64,000 bases of DNA. Source: Mobula hypostoma. Taxonomy: Eukaryota. How positions within the stretch are numbered: the first letter of the stretch is position 1; the number at the start of each line of letters is the position of its first letter. The notes beneath the pieces were generated by a model that saw only the letters and a program-made list of their open reading frames with translations, was not told the origin of the DNA and did no database searches. The DNA lies in the NCBI RefSeq assembly GCF_963921235.1, contig NC_086099.1, positions 75,020,001 through 75,084,000 on the forward strand, in the 5' to 3' direction. The translations under genes and the position numbers were made by a program. Shown in pieces: positions 61,693-64,000 of the stretch.

Positions 61693-64000
61693 ATAAGACC
61701 ACAAGACATAGGAGCGGAAATGCACCATTTGGCCCATTATGTCTGCTCTGTCATCTCATCATGGCTGATCCATTTTTCCTCTCAGCCCCAATCTCTTGCC
61801 TTTTCCCCGCATTCCTTCATGTCCCAACCAATCAAGAGTCTATCAACCTCTACCTTAAATATACACCCAGACCTGGTGGCAACAAATTCCACAGATTCAC
61901 CACTCTCCAGCTAAAGAAATTGGAAGCATCCTCTTAGAATGGAGTTGAAGAGGACTCATACCATGGGTCATAGCATGTTAAGCAGCCTCATGTGTGGCAT
62001 CTTGTCAAAGGCCTTCTGAAAATCCAAGTACACAACACCAACCAATTCTCCTTTGTCTATCCTGCTTGTTATTTCTTCAAAGAAATCCAACAGATTTGTC
62101 AGGCAAGATTTTTCCTTGAGGAAATCATGTTAACTACGGCCTATTTTATCATGTGCCTCCAAGTACCCTGAGACCTCATCTTTAATAATTGATTCCAACA
62201 CCTTCCCAACCACTGAGGCCTTAATTTCCTTTCTTCTGTCATTCTCCCTTCTAGAAAAGTGGAATGACCTTTGCAAATTTCCAGTCAACTGGAACCATTC
62301 CAGAATCTAGTGATTCTTCAAAGATCATTATTAATGCCTCCAAAATCTCTTCAGCAACCTCTTTCAGAACTTTGGGATATACACCATCAGGTTCAGGTGA
62401 CTTATCTACCTTCAGGCCTTTCAGTTTCCCAAGAACCTACTCCCTAGTAATGGTAACTTCACACACTTCATGACCCCTGATACTTGGAACTTCCATATTT
62501 CTGCTAGTGTCTTCCACTGTGAAAACTGATGCAAAATACTTATTCAGTTCATCTGGCATTTCCTTGTCCCCTATTACTACTACCTGTCCAGCATTATTTT
62601 TCCAGTGGTCTGATATCCATTCTCACCTCTCTTTTACACTTTATGTATCTGTAGGAACTTCTGATACTCTCTTTAATATTGTTGGCTAACTTACTTTTGT
62701 ATGCAATCTCACCTTCTTAATGACTTTGTAGTTGACTTCTGCTGTATTTGAAATTTTCCCAATCCTCTAACTTCCCATTAATTTTTGCTCTATTTCTGCC
62801 CTCCCTTTGGCTTTTATGTTGGCTTTGACTTCTCTTGTTAGCCACAGTTGTGTCATCTTGCCGTTAAAATATTTTTTTCCTCTTTGTGATGTATATATCC
62901 TGTGCCTTTCAAATTGCTTCCAGAAATTCCAGCCACTGCTGCTCTGTCATCATCCCTGCCATGTTCTTTTCGAATCATCTTTTGGCCAACTCCTCTCTCA
63001 TGCCTCTGTAGTTTCCTTAACTCCATTATAATACTGATCCATTTGACTTTATCTTCTCCTTCTCAAAATTCAGGGTGAATTCAATAATATTATGATCACT
63101 CTTCTTTCAGGGTTCTTTTACCTTAAGCTCTTTAATCAGTTATGGATCATTTCACAATACCCAATCCAGAATAGCTGATCCCCTAGCGGGCTCAACCACA
63201 AACTGCTCTAAAAAGCCATCTCATAGGTATTGTAGAAATTACCTCTCTTGGTATCTACAACCAACATGATTTTTCCAATCTATCTGTACAGTGAAATCCC
63301 CCATGACTACTGTAACATTGCCCTTTTGGCATGCATTTTCTATCTCCCATTGAAATTTGTAGATCACATCCTTACTACCATTTGAGGGTCTGTATATAAC
63401 TCCCATGAGGGACTATTTACCCTTTCCTCAGCCACGCATTCACCTGCCAAATAATTCTATTCTTACCCTCACATGGCACAGGCATTAATCCAGAGATTAC
63501 TACCCTGGATGTCCTGTTTCTCAGCTTTCTCCCTAGTGCCCTAAAATGTCTCTTCAGGACCTGTCTATCAATGTCACTGATGCCAATATACACCAAGATT
63601 TCTGGCTGATCACTCTCACGCTTGAGAGTGCCGTGGACCAAATCCGAGACATCACTGATCCTTGCACTAAGGAGGCAACATAGTGTCTGGGTTTCTCTAT
63701 CGCGCCCACAAAACCTTGTCTCTGCTCCTCTGAATATTGAATCTCCAATCAACACTATATTCCTCTTCATCTCTCTGCTCTGCTGAGCCACAGCAGCAGA
63801 CTCAGTCCCAGAGGCCCGGTCACTGTGCCCCCCCCCCCCCGTTAGGTCATCCCCCTCAATAATATCTAAAGTTATATACTTATTATTGAGGGGAATGCTT
63901 ACAGGTGTACTTTGCACTGGCTGTGCGTTTCCTCTCTTTCTTGTGCCAGTAACCCAGTTACGTGTCTCCTGCAACCGTGGGGAGTCTACCTCCCTGTAGC
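61693..64000 (-). mobile_element. Degenerate CR1 including ORF1; large deletion in the RT 3' half; runs off the window end
   Basis: Tail at 61693, ORF2 remnants at 61990-63400 (VYLDFQKAFDK, MGDF), ORF1 upstream. Confidence 0.85.
63417..63974 (-). pseudogene. CR1 ORF1 SGNH/GDSL esterase domain
   Basis: IVLIGDSIFRG...CCLLSARISDV...ILVYIGISDI...VVISGLMPVP. Confidence 0.85.

Overview
Vertebrate nuclear DNA, most likely a cartilaginous fish (shark or ray; inferred from the repeat content), and apparently intronic or intergenic. I found no convincing host exon. Most of the window is nested transposable-element debris: three Gypsy LTR elements plus solo LTRs, many CR1 LINEs (one with an open 860-aa ORF2), L2, Rex1/Babar, RTE, Penelope-like (GIY-YIG) elements, and hAT, Harbinger, Tc1, mariner and Tigger DNA transposons. 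Two things stand out. (1) A non-autonomous Gypsy element (2121-5403, minus strand) has two intron-less fragments of a sarcomeric myosin heavy chain rod (MYH16-like) in place of its integrase core. (2) A family of Penelope-like insertions, from about 50 bp to 2.1 kb, mostly shares one fold-back architecture with target-site duplications of about 6-15 bp and carries a minimal hammerhead-ribozyme motif. All family assignments come from motif recognition by eye; no searches were run.
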